A stretch of DNA of 64,000 nucleotides, taken from the NCBI GenBank assembly GCA_963729625.1, contig CAVSOU010000008.1, forward strand, positions 768,001-832,000, written 5' to 3'. The translations under genes were made by a program, and so were the position numbers. This DNA comes from an uncultured bacterium. GTDB lineage: Bacteria > Chloroflexota > UBA5177 > JANWHV01. Of the stretch, positions 49,758 through 59,418 are shown one piece after another. The notes below the pieces were generated by a model. That model had not been told where the DNA came from, did no database searches, and saw only the letters and a list, made by a program, of their open reading frames with translations. How positions within the stretch are numbered: position 1 is the first letter of the stretch; the number at the start of each line of letters is the position of its first letter.

Positions 49758-51458
49758 TTGACGTTCATCCAGCACATGATGGCGCGGTTCGCTCCGTGCG
49801 CGCTCGTGTTTGCTCTTGTCGTAGCAGCATCGTCGGCGCCGGAACGGGCACACGCGGCGGCACATCGCCCCACGTCCACGCCGACCGCCACGCCCGTGGT
49901 CTCTCGCGGCGGCACGCTCGTCGAGGCCATCCAGGAAGATCCCGATCGGCTCTTGCCAAACTTCAGCGGCCGCTACTACACACTGCTCATTCAGCAAACG
50001 CTTTTCGCGCCGCTCTTTTACTCGGACGACCACGGGGTCATCCATGCCGGTTTAGCCAGCGAGGTGCCGACAAGAGCCAACGGCGGCATATCGGCGGACG
50101 GCAGAACCTACACATTTCACCTGCGCCGCGGCCTGAGATGGTCCGATGGCGCGCCGCTCACGGCCCGCGACGTGGATTTCTCGTGGCGGCTGTGGACCAA
50201 TAACCAGGTTTCACCGCCGCCTGCGGTAATCCTCGGCCTCGATCGCATCGGTGGGTCTGCCATCAGTGCCGATGGTCTTAGCATTACATTTCTGCTCGTG
50301 CAGCCATATGCACCGTTCGTGGCCGACTGGACCGATTCGCTTCAGCCGCTGCCGGCGCACATCTTCGCGAAGGTCAAGCCTGCGTCCCTCGGGACCAGTG
50401 TCGCGGCGGTGATGCCCACTGTAGACAGCGGGCCTTTCAGACTGCAGGAATACAAGCGCGGCGACCGGTTGATCGTGAGCAAGAATCCGCACTACTACCA
50501 GGCGAGAGCCGGATTGCCCTACCTGTCGTCCATTGTGTTTCGCGTGATTCGTCAGCCAGGTCAGGTCGTGCAGGCACTGCGCGCCGGCGCCATCGACGCC
50601 GCGTGGCTGCTACCTATAACCTACCTCAGTACGCTTCAGCATATGGCCGGTGTCTCGGCGCTTCCATTGCCTGCTGCCAACTGGGAAGCGGCCGTCATCA
50701 ACCTGCGGCGCCCGCTCTTCAAGGATGTTCGGGTGCGGCAGGCGCTCGAGTACGGCCTGAACCGCGCCGCCGAAACGCGCACAGCCTGGCACGGCCTTGC
50801 GACGCTGATCGGCAGCGATCAACCGCCCGTGTCGAGCGCATATGCCAGCGATATCGCTCCGTACCCCTACGACCCGGATAAAGCAGGAAGGCTGCTCGAC
50901 GCCGCCGGCTGGCGACTGGGCGCCGACGGTCTGCGCCATAAGGGCCGCCAAACCCTGGCCTTTGTCTATTCGACGACCCTGAACAATCCCTGGAGGCAGC
51001 AGGATGAAGCACAAGCGCTCGCCGACTACGAACGTCTCGGCATCCAGTTGGTGATCCGCAACTTCCCACCGGGCGCATTCCTCAGCTCCCTGCAATACGG
51101 CACGTTCGACATCGCCGAGTTCGTGGTCAACAACTCGCTGGATCCCGACGACACCTCGTCATTTGGGACGCATTTTGTCTACCCATACGGTACGAACTAT
51201 GGCGCCTACAGCAATCCGGAGTTCGATCGCGTGGCGGCTGAGGAGGTCATGGCGGTGGATCCGGCGCGACGAGCATCTCTGTTCCACCAGGCACAGCAAC
51301 TGCTGCACGACGACGTTCCCGCGCTCTGGCTTTACAGTCCCGACAATCTTGCGGCAGTTTCAGTCCACGTGCACAACTACACGCCCGCCCCCTTCAGTCT
51401 CGACACCTGGAACTGCTGGGAGTGGTGGATCGACACTGCGGCAACGCGACCCACGTAG
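49758..51458 (+). CDS. Peptide/nickel ABC transporter substrate-binding protein (family 5), no permeases adjacent
   Basis: GGTLV, TYTFHLR.GLRWSDGAPLTARDV, SGPF, DVRVRQAL, NYGAYSNPEFD; TTG start with GGAGGA RBS. Confidence 0.92.
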   Translation: MTFIQHMMARFAPCALVFALVVAASSAPERAHAAAHRPTSTPTATPVVSRGGTLVEAIQEDPDRLLPNFSGRYYTLLIQQTLFAPLFYSDDHGVIHAGLASEVPTRANGGISADGRTYTFHLRRGLRWSDGAPLTARDVDFSWRLWTNNQVSPPPAVILGLDRIGGSAISADGLSITFLLVQPYAPFVADWTDSLQPLPAHIFAKVKPASLGTSVAAVMPTVDSGPFRLQEYKRGDRLIVSKNPHYYQARAGLPYLSSIVFRVIRQPGQVVQALRAGAIDAAWLLPITYLSTLQHMAGVSALPLPAANWEAAVINLRRPLFKDVRVRQALEYGLNRAAETRTAWHGLATLIGSDQPPVSSAYASDIAPYPYDPDKAGRLLDAAGWRLGADGLRHKGRQTLAFVYSTTLNNPWRQQDEAQALADYERLGIQLVIRNFPPGAFLSSLQYGTFDIAEFVVNNSLDPDDTSSFGTHFVYPYGTNYGAYSNPEFDRVAAEEVMAVDPARRASLFHQAQQLLHDDVPALWLYSPDNLAAVSVHVHNYTPAPFSLDTWNCWEWWIDTAATRPT

Positions 51459-51665
51459 TCCCCGAGCTTGATGGCGTAACTTCAGGCCGGGCTAACTCGT
51501 CGGAGCCTGACTGCCGGCAGATTACTGGGTGCCCGCGGAGGTGCGCAGCGCTCTTCGCGCCAAGCTGTTACTCATAGGTAAGACCGACCTAGCCGATCGT
51601 ATGGGTCGCGATGACGCGGATTTGCCGCATACTGGTGATTGCAGCGCTCTTCAGAGGTTTGAATC

Positions 51666-53576
51666 GTGCATCCAGGCTCTTCTCACCGCATGTCCCCCGA
51701 CGGTTTCCATCTGCCGGGCCCGAAGTCGAGGTCGCGAAACACTGCGCCGCAGTCTTCGGGGCGCTGGGATAGTGCCAAGCGGACGATTAGCGGCACCGTC
51801 AGCGGCGTTCCGCGTGTGCTTGCCCTGGTCTGGCAGGCCGATCGGAGGCAGACCCTGCTCATGGCCGTCATGACCATTGCGCAGGCCGCGGTGCCGGTGT
51901 CGCAGGTCTATCTCTCGAAACTGCTGATCGACGCCGTCGTCAAGGCGATTCGCACGAACGGTGGACCGGTGGACACGAAGCCGATCATCGTGTTGGCGCT
52001 CCTGCAACTCGCATTGGCGGCCGCCAGCAGTCTTTTCACGACGCTCTCCAACATCAGCCAGCAGCTGCTGCAAGAGCGAGTTTCCCTCGGCGTGCAGCTT
52101 CTGGTGATGGAGCAAGCCGGTCGCCTGGATCTCGGCTTCTTCGAGGACGCGAAATCGTACGACATGCTGCAGCAGGCCCAGCAAGAGGCGGCGTCGCGTC
52201 CGGTGCAGATGGTGTCGGGTACATTCGGGCTGGTGCGAACGGCCCTGACGTTCGTATCCATGCTCGGCCTGCTGTTGCGGCTGGAGTGGTACCTGGCGCT
52301 CATAGCGCTGCTGGCGCCGGTGCCGTCGTTCATCTCCAGCTCGCGCTATGGCTGGATGGGGTACATGATGATGCGACGCCAGTCGCCCGCCCGACGCCGG
52401 ATGAACTACCTCACCACCCTGCTCACCACCGACACCTACAGCAAAGAGATTTCCGTGTTCACGCTGGCGAGCTTCTTCACGGGACGCTTCCGCAAGCTCG
52501 CGGACACGTACTACGACGAACAGCAGCGTCTGGTTGTGCGCCGCTACCTCGCCGGTTTCGCCTGGGGCTCGCTGACCATTGTCGTCAGCAGCGGCACGTA
52601 TCTGTACGTCGCGCTTCTCGCCGTGCATGGGAAGGTGACGCTCGGCGACCTCACGCTGTTTACAGGCGCGGCAACGTCGGTACAGTCCAACTTTCAGAAC
52701 CTGCTCAGCGGCCTCTCGTCCATGTACGAGAACAATCTCTACCTGACTACGCTGTTCGACTTACTCAAGATCGAGCCGCAAGTGCACAAACCGGAGCATC
52801 CGGTACCGGTGCAGAGGCCTTTCACAAAGGGCATCGAATTCCGGCATGTCACCCATCGCTACAAGGGCGCCGAACAACCCGCTCTGGACGACATTAGCTT
52901 CACGATTAACCCGGGCGAAACGGTAGCAGTGGTGGGCCGGAATGGCGCCGGAAAAACGACTCTCGTAAAGCTCGTCGCGCGGCTCTACGATCCCGAGGAA
53001 GGCCAGGTGCTGATCGATGGGCACGACGTCCGAGACTACGACCCAGACGACCTGCGGTCGGAGATAGGCCTCATCTTCCAGGACTATGTGACGTACTATC
53101 TCAGCGCCCGTGAGAACATCGGCGTGGGACGGCTCGATCGCCTCGACGATCTCGAGGCAGTGCGCGAAGCCGCCGAGCGCGGCGGAGCGACCTCGCTGAT
53201 CGAGCGCCTGCCTGAAGGTTATGAAGCGCTGCTCGGGCGGTGGTTCGACCAGGGACATCAACTATCGGGAGGCGAGTGGCAGAAGGTGGCGCTTTCTCGC
53301 GCCTTCATGCGCGATGCACAGATCCTCATTCTTGACGAGCCTACCGCGGCGCTCGATGCAAGAGCCGAGTACGAGTTGTTCGCGCGGCTCCGCGAGTTGA
53401 CCAGGGGCCGTACCGCAATCTATATCTCGCATCGGTTTTCCACCGTGAGGATGGCGGATCGGATTCTGGTCATCGAGCACGGCCGCCTGGTCGAGCAGGG
53501 AAGTCACGAGGAGCTGATGACGCTAAACGGGCGATACGCCGAGTTGTTCAGCCTGCAGGCGGCAGCGTATCGATAA
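51666..53576 (+). CDS. ABC exporter, fused permease/ATPase
   Basis: TM domain followed by GRNGAGKTT, LSGGEWQK, LILDEPT, SHR. Confidence 0.95.
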   Translation: MHPGSSHRMSPDGFHLPGPKSRSRNTAPQSSGRWDSAKRTISGTVSGVPRVLALVWQADRRQTLLMAVMTIAQAAVPVSQVYLSKLLIDAVVKAIRTNGGPVDTKPIIVLALLQLALAAASSLFTTLSNISQQLLQERVSLGVQLLVMEQAGRLDLGFFEDAKSYDMLQQAQQEAASRPVQMVSGTFGLVRTALTFVSMLGLLLRLEWYLALIALLAPVPSFISSSRYGWMGYMMMRRQSPARRRMNYLTTLLTTDTYSKEISVFTLASFFTGRFRKLADTYYDEQQRLVVRRYLAGFAWGSLTIVVSSGTYLYVALLAVHGKVTLGDLTLFTGAATSVQSNFQNLLSGLSSMYENNLYLTTLFDLLKIEPQVHKPEHPVPVQRPFTKGIEFRHVTHRYKGAEQPALDDISFTINPGETVAVVGRNGAGKTTLVKLVARLYDPEEGQVLIDGHDVRDYDPDDLRSEIGLIFQDYVTYYLSARENIGVGRLDRLDDLEAVREAAERGGATSLIERLPEGYEALLGRWFDQGHQLSGGEWQKVALSRAFMRDAQILILDEPTAALDARAEYELFARLRELTRGRTAIYISHRFSTVRMADRILVIEHGRLVEQGSHEELMTLNGRYAELFSLQAAAYR

Positions 53577-53819
53577 GCGGCGAACCGCGTCGTTGGACGT
53601 CCAAGCGCACGAATGGTACACCGTTCTTGGTGGCATTGACCGGCCAGGCCTCGGCCCATGTGGTTTCATGGCCGTGGCTTGTCGCGGTCGGGCGAGGCCG
53701 ACAGTCGTGGAATGTTGGAGGGATACGATCATGCGTCCTCGAGACGGCAGCGACCCGCGTGATCTGAGTTATCCCCGTACGGTGGATGCCGGTGTCTTCG
53801 GGCAGCAGGATCGGCTCAC

Positions 53820-54785
53820 ATGACCATGGCGGCCGTGCCGGTCGGCGCGAATCTACACGAGGACCTGGAGCGGATAGAATCCGAGCTTTCACTGGTCGGC
53901 GAAGATGCCGGGCACGTACTGCGCGAGGCTATCGCGCATCATCTATCGACCGGCGGGAAGCGGCTTCGTCCGCGCATGGCCATGCTGGCGGGACGGCTGG
54001 TCGGCCATGAAGAAACCGATCGTTTGGCACGCTTTGCGGCGGTTACCGAACTGGTGCATGCTGCTTCGCTCGTTCACGACGATACGCTGGACGATGCCGC
54101 CACCCGGCGTGGCGTAGAGACAGTGAGATCGCGCTGGGGCAGCCACATTGCCGTGCTTGTCGGTGACTATCTCTTCGCCCAAGCTGCCATCTATACGGCA
54201 AATCTGGGCAGCCTTCGCCTGATGGCCCTACTGGCGGAGACGATCCAATCCCTCGTGCAGGGCGAGCTTGCTCAGATGAGCGCTGCCTACCGCATCGAGG
54301 CAAGCGCGGAGAACTACGAATCGCGCATCGGGGCGAAGTCGGCCAGCCTCTTCGTCCTGGCTGCAGAGGGCGGAGCCGAGTGCGGTGGCGCGACGAGTGC
54401 ACAGGCGTTGGCGATGCGCGACTACGGGTATCATCTTGGCCTGGCATTCCAGATCGCCGACGACGTATTGGATTACACGGCCAGCACGGAGGAGCTTGGC
54501 AAGCCGGCAGGCAGCGATCTCAAGAACGGCGTCGTGACTCTTCCTGCCCTGTATTATCTGGAGCCGCTTCCTCCGGCCGCGCGGGAACGGCGCACCGTGG
54601 AGGAGGGTGGTGATGTGTCGGCCGTGATCGACGCTATTCGCGCTTCGACGGCGCCCGCGCGCGCCCTTGCCTATGCGCACAAGCTGGTTGAGCGAGCTGC
54701 GGCCGCGCTGGACATTTTCCCTCCCTCGTCCGAGCGATCGAGTCTCCTCAGTTTGGCCGCCGGTGCAGTGAGCCGCCGCGCCTGA
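53820..54785 (+). CDS. Polyprenyl diphosphate synthase (HepT/IspB-like)
   Basis: GGKRLRP, ASLVHDD..D...RRG, GDYL, GE..Q, AFQIADDVLD, GKP.GSDL. Confidence 0.94.
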   Translation: MTMAAVPVGANLHEDLERIESELSLVGEDAGHVLREAIAHHLSTGGKRLRPRMAMLAGRLVGHEETDRLARFAAVTELVHAASLVHDDTLDDAATRRGVETVRSRWGSHIAVLVGDYLFAQAAIYTANLGSLRLMALLAETIQSLVQGELAQMSAAYRIEASAENYESRIGAKSASLFVLAAEGGAECGGATSAQALAMRDYGYHLGLAFQIADDVLDYTASTEELGKPAGSDLKNGVVTLPALYYLEPLPPAARERRTVEEGGDVSAVIDAIRASTAPARALAYAHKLVERAAAALDIFPPSSERSSLLSLAAGAVSRRA

Positions 54786-54899
54786 ACACAAGCCTGCGGT
54801 GAGATTGGTGCTGCGTCCAGGAGCGCTGCCTGGAAGCAGGCAGGCTTCGCGCAGAAGACGGTGTTCTGCGCGCCCTCGCGCGACAGATTGGCGGAGGAC

Positions 54900-55712
54900 C
54901 TAATGCTTCTTGGGCTCTGTAAGGGGCGCCAGCGCTTCGACAAACCTGACATGTACCTGCCACTCAAATGTCAACGTGCTCGCGCCCTTCTCGCGGGAGA
55001 ACAACGGGGGCAGAATACCGGTATCCATCCCACTAAGCCCGACGCTGTCGCCAGCGGGCATCGTGGAGTTGTGCGCGTGGCCCTGCATGCCAAACAGGGA
55101 GGGCTGTGACACCGTGAACGGGCTGGGAGTTGGATGCGGAGTTTTGTCCTCCGGGCACGGAAGCGCGTTGTCATTGATGTTGCGGGTTACGGACCTCAAT
55201 GTGGGCACGCCCGCCTTCAGCAGCGCCGAGACATAGAAGCCGTTACGCGATGAGACCGGGACATGAACGTCCGCGGTATCGCCGTACTTAGCCTGCCCTG
55301 TTGCGGTGGACTCGCTGCCCCAGGTGTGCAGGGTTGAGTGCTGGTCGTTCCGGCATCTCAGCACAATCTTGCTGTGGAAGAGATCGGAATGACTGTACGA
55401 CACGCGGACCGAGTAGGTTGCCGGAACGGTGCCGTGTGTGCTTAGCCTTCCGTTCAGACTGACCGTCAGGACGGCGTCAAGCCTGGTCGACGAGTCCTCG
55501 GCAACGTCGCCCTGCGGGTCGTGATGCTCGTCGACGAAGGCCGTGTTCTGGTGCATTGTCGACGTAAGCGTTCCAGAGACCCAAACATAGCAAGTCGGAT
55601 CTTTGACGCTGCAGCGCGTGGCTGCCGCCTGAGCCGCGATCGTGGTCGCTCCCTGAGCGGGTAGCACCCAGGCGAGCACGGCGACCAGTGCCACCGCTAT
55701 ACGCGGCGCCAT
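54900..55712 (-). CDS. Secreted hypothetical protein, beta-rich, Cys-containing
   Basis: Signal peptide MAPRIAVALVAVLAWVLPAQG; T/S/V-rich mature region. Confidence 0.6.
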   Translation of the reverse strand: MAPRIAVALVAVLAWVLPAQGATTIAAQAAATRCSVKDPTCYVWVSGTLTSTMHQNTAFVDEHHDPQGDVAEDSSTRLDAVLTVSLNGRLSTHGTVPATYSVRVSYSHSDLFHSKIVLRCRNDQHSTLHTWGSESTATGQAKYGDTADVHVPVSSRNGFYVSALLKAGVPTLRSVTRNINDNALPCPEDKTPHPTPSPFTVSQPSLFGMQGHAHNSTMPAGDSVGLSGMDTGILPPLFSREKGASTLTFEWQVHVRFVEALAPLTEPKKH

Positions 55713-55983
55713 TTGTGTCAAACGAGCTCGATGTGGTTGCAACATTGTGGCTAGCCCTCCAAGCTCGCCATCGTGGCCGGTCTGGATCAGTGATGGCATG
55801 GCCTGCGTCGTGGCGCAGGCACTGCCGGCATCTGGCACCAACGCCGCTAGCATACAGCCTCAATCTTGCGCGCTTCTTACACACGCGCGAGACAAGCTTC
55901 CTCTGATGTAGCACACTCATCTTGTGCTACACAGGCGAGGTCTTGTGGAACAGCGACAGGGCACGTGGACTGTCAGCTACAAC

Positions 55984-56481
55984 CTAGCGCTTCGCGCCGG
56001 CTGCCTGGTTCGTGAGCGCATTGTACGAGCGGTTCAGCCGCGCCATCATCACTTCCGCCTCGGCGCGCAGCTCCGGCGGCCCATCGGTGAAGCGGTCAGG
56101 GTGCCAGACGCGCGAGAGTAGCCGGTACCGGCGACGGATGTCGTCGCTGCTGGAACCAGGGCGGAGGCCAAGGATCACCCAGGGGCTGTCGACAGACGGC
56201 AGTACCGTCTGCCCGTGCTGTCGCGGATCGGCCTGGTATCCGGGAGGATGAACCTGTTGGCGCGGATCGACGCGATACCGGGGCGGCAGGCTCTGCCCGA
56301 ATCCCGGCGCACCCGACTGCCGCTTGGGTTGAGCGCTGGCCAGGGCCTGCGCTTCGCGCTTGAGCCGATCCAGGCGCGAGCGCTCCTTCACTACCTGGTC
56401 GCGGAGCCAAAGGAGCTCGGAGCGCGCCTCCTCGATCGAGTGATTGACGGCATCGAGATCTTCTTGTTGCTCCGGCGTGAT
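55984..56481 (-). CDS. J-domain protein (coiled coil + C-terminal DnaJ domain)
   Basis: PWVILGL...DIRRRYRLLSRVWHPDR...MARLNRSY; start uncertain (see findings). Confidence 0.85.
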   Translation of the reverse strand: MTPEQQEDLDAVNHSIEEARSELLWLRDQVVKERSRLDRLKREAQALASAQPKRQSGAPGFGQSLPPRYRVDPRQQVHPPGYQADPRQHGQTVLPSVDSPWVILGLRPGSSSDDIRRRYRLLSRVWHPDRFTDGPPELRAEAEVMMARLNRSYNALTNQAAGAKR

Positions 56482-56862
56482 GTGGACTGTGCTCCTCGGC
56501 CGCCGAGTTTCATGCGCGGAGCGTCTGCTACGACCAAACACGTGCGAAGCAATTCCTACAATCCTGGATGACCATGAATCGATGCGCAATGCTAGGACAG
56601 CCACGAACGGACTCGTTCGGCCAACGCCCATCTCACATGCGCACTGCGTTGGTATCAGTATCGCACAGGTTGTACCTATGCGCAGCCGGTTGCTCGCTTT
56701 GGGGTACTCTAGAGTCGCGGAACACCGAGAGCGGCTGCCGGCGACATCAACCCGCGTGGCTGAGCGGTTCACCGTGCGGCAGTCGCAAGTGACCTTGACG
56801 CGAGGAGGAATGCTCTTGGGCGCAACGGGATGCCGTACTGGTGTGGGAGGAGTGGGCGATTA

Positions 56863-57474
56863 TTGGCCTCGAGTGACAAGAAAACTCTGAAGCACGATAA
56901 ACCCGAGGGCGCGCGCCTGGGCTGGACGGTGCTGGAGACCCGCTACCCATTCCGCACGCCATGGCTGACTCTGCGCGAGGACCGCGTGCACATCGCTGGC
57001 CACGGAGAGATCACTTTCACGTACAACGAAACGACGCCCGCGGTGTACATCGTGCCGGTAACCGGATCAGGCGATGTCGTACTGATCCGCCAGTACCGCT
57101 ATCCAGTCGACGGATGGTCTCTCGAGGTTCCGGCCGGCGGCACGCACGACTTCCCCGGGGAGCCGCTCGAAAAGGTGGCGCGCGCGGAACTGGAAGAGGA
57201 GATTGGCGCCATGTGCGACGAAATGCTGCCGGTCGGAGTATTTCCCATGCATGTCGCTAAGAGCGCGCAGCAAGGGCACGTGTTTCTCGCGCTGGGAGTA
57301 GCTTTCAACGGGGCGCTCCACCCGGCGTCAACAGAAAGGATCACGGTACATGCGATGCCCCTGGCCGACGTATATCGCATGCTGCACGTCGGCGAGATTC
57401 TTGATTGCCAGAGCGCGATGGCGCTCATTCTTTGCGAGCCCGCGCTGCGGGCGCGCGGCCTGCTACGCTGGTAG
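56863..57474 (+). CDS. NUDIX hydrolase (ADP-ribose pyrophosphatase-like)
   Basis: RQYRYP, LEVPAG...ARAELEEEIG Nudix box. Confidence 0.9.
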   Translation: MASSDKKTLKHDKPEGARLGWTVLETRYPFRTPWLTLREDRVHIAGHGEITFTYNETTPAVYIVPVTGSGDVVLIRQYRYPVDGWSLEVPAGGTHDFPGEPLEKVARAELEEEIGAMCDEMLPVGVFPMHVAKSAQQGHVFLALGVAFNGALHPASTERITVHAMPLADVYRMLHVGEILDCQSAMALILCEPALRARGLLRW

Positions 57475-57730
57475 CTCGGCGCCAACTGGCGCCTGCCTGG
57501 CCTCCGGCCGCGATCGAGTGCGGCCCGCCGAGGCACCCGTCCGCAGGGTGGGTCGTGCCGCGCACCCCAGTCGGCCGCGACCGCTTGCGAAGCGGTATCT
57601 TTCTCGGGCGAGGAATCATGCAGCCGACAACAGCCGGGCCATATCCGCCATCCGCGACCCGCCGCGGTGTGTCGGGCACCCCCGGCCGGAGGCCGAACAC
57701 TGGCGTTTGACAGCGGTGGAGGGAAGACGC

Positions 57731-58633
57731 ATGTCAACTATTGCGATCACAGGGGCAAGGGGGTACATCGGCAGGCATTTGGTTGCCCGGCTTGTCGCCG
57801 GAGGCGAGCGGCCTCGGTGCCTGGTGCGGCAGGGGTCCGATCTGGCAGGTCTGCCGGCGGACCAGATCGCGGTGGTGCGAGGCGATGTCACGGAACCGGA
57901 GTCGCTATCCGCGCTCGTGGAGGGCGCGGACATCGTCGTGCATGGCGCGTCGATCGTTGCCAACATCAAGCAAAGCGGGCGCGCGAATTATCGGCGAACA
58001 AACGAAGAAGGCACCGCAAATCTCGTCGCTGCCGCCGCCACGGCCGGTGTTCGCCGCTTCATCTACATGGGCGGCTTGAATACGGTTCGCGGCGATGCCG
58101 GTTCATACATGCGCACGCGGTTTGACGCCGAGCAACGTGTGAAGGACGGTGGAGTGCCGTACGTCATCCTCCAGCCCTCGATCCTGTTTGGCGACGGATC
58201 GCCTTTCTTCAGTACCCTTGCCGGCCTGGCACGCCTGGCTCCGGTTATTCCAGTGCCGGGCAGCGGCAGGATGCGTTTCCAGCCGATCTGGGTTGAGGAC
58301 GTCGTTACGTGCATCGAACGACTACTGGACGAGAGTGCCGGCAACGAAACGATCCCGATCGGCGGTCCTGCCTATTACAGCTACGATGAGCTTCTCGACC
58401 TCATCTTCAAGGCGCTGGGAAAGCGACGCATGAAGGTGCACGTGCCGTTGGCGCTCATGGATGCGGGCGCCAAGGCCATGCAGGCCGTCCTGCCTAGGCC
58501 GCCCGTGACGACCGCCACGCTCGAGCTGTTCGCCCTGGCCACGGACAACGTGACGAGACTCGACGCCGTACATTCCCGTTTTGGCTTCCAGCCGAAATCG
58601 CTGGAAACGGATATGCGGGAACACGGCATATAG
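57731..58633 (+). CDS. Atypical SDR, NDUFA9-like NAD(P)-binding protein
   Basis: TGARGYIG, GDV, PSILFG, FQPIWVEDV, IGGP. Confidence 0.9.
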   Translation: MSTIAITGARGYIGRHLVARLVAGGERPRCLVRQGSDLAGLPADQIAVVRGDVTEPESLSALVEGADIVVHGASIVANIKQSGRANYRRTNEEGTANLVAAAATAGVRRFIYMGGLNTVRGDAGSYMRTRFDAEQRVKDGGVPYVILQPSILFGDGSPFFSTLAGLARLAPVIPVPGSGRMRFQPIWVEDVVTCIERLLDESAGNETIPIGGPAYYSYDELLDLIFKALGKRRMKVHVPLALMDAGAKAMQAVLPRPPVTTATLELFALATDNVTRLDAVHSRFGFQPKSLETDMREHGI

Positions 58634-58704
58634 CCGGGCGCTGGTGGAGACTGCTGTGCCAGAAGGATTCGTCAAACTGATGCACGAATGCCCGATTCTT
58701 CCAG

Positions 58705-59376
58705 TCACTTGTTTTGACGCGCGAGGTTCGCAAGGGCAGTGTTGTATTCATCCATGCTGCTCGCATGCAGCCGCTGTGAGAACGTGCCGCCGACGAAGCC
58801 GGAAAATACGGACCAAGGCAGTCCGCTTATCGTGAGCGTGCCATCGCCGTTGCGCGTGCCCGTGAACGTCATGGCCGCGGATCCCCCTGTCCCGGTAAAA
58901 CCGTAGCTCCCGTTGTTGTCCACTCCGCTGAATTGAAACGACTTGGGGCTGCCGGCGCCGTAATTGTCTGCTGTGAGCATACGGCCGTCGTGGATGAAGC
59001 CGTTTGTCTCCACCCAGTCGAAGTACAGCACATAGCTGTACTTGTCGATGAGAAACGATGCGAGGTACCTGCGTGCGCCATTGTCCGGAGAGGATGGCGT
59101 CTGCTGCGCGGTGGCCGCTTTCCGCAGACGCTCGATCGTTTGCTGTTGGCTCGCGACTTCGGTCCGCTCTGTTGCTGCAACGTGCTGGGCGCGCGCCAGC
59201 TCGGTTCTCAAGCCGGCGACAGTGGTATCCGTCGCGTTGGCCTGGTGCCCGCCATTCGACCGGATCGCCAGTACGAGGCCAATCGCCAGTGCGACCGATA
59301 GAACGGAGAGCAGTACGCAGACTGCTCCCAGCGGCGGCGTCTGGCGCGGCCCGATGGACCTTCTCTCAGTCGACAT
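58705..59376 (-). CDS. Membrane-anchored hypothetical protein (TM + coiled coil + beta domain)
   Basis: AAGGAG RBS, N-terminal TM, LRTELARAQ...IERLRK coil. Confidence 0.7.
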   Translation of the reverse strand: MSTERRSIGPRQTPPLGAVCVLLSVLSVALAIGLVLAIRSNGGHQANATDTTVAGLRTELARAQHVAATERTEVASQQQTIERLRKAATAQQTPSSPDNGARRYLASFLIDKYSYVLYFDWVETNGFIHDGRMLTADNYGAGSPKSFQFSGVDNNGSYGFTGTGGSAAMTFTGTRNGDGTLTISGLPWSVFSGFVGGTFSQRLHASSMDEYNTALANLARQNK

Positions 59377-59418
59377 ACTGACTCCTTGACAACAGCCTGG
59401 CTGAGCCTCGCACCAAGC

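Noticed and set aside
56604-56619. CGAAC-GGACTC-GTTCG as a second SOS box
   Set aside because: The spacer is 6 nt and GC-rich rather than 4 nt.
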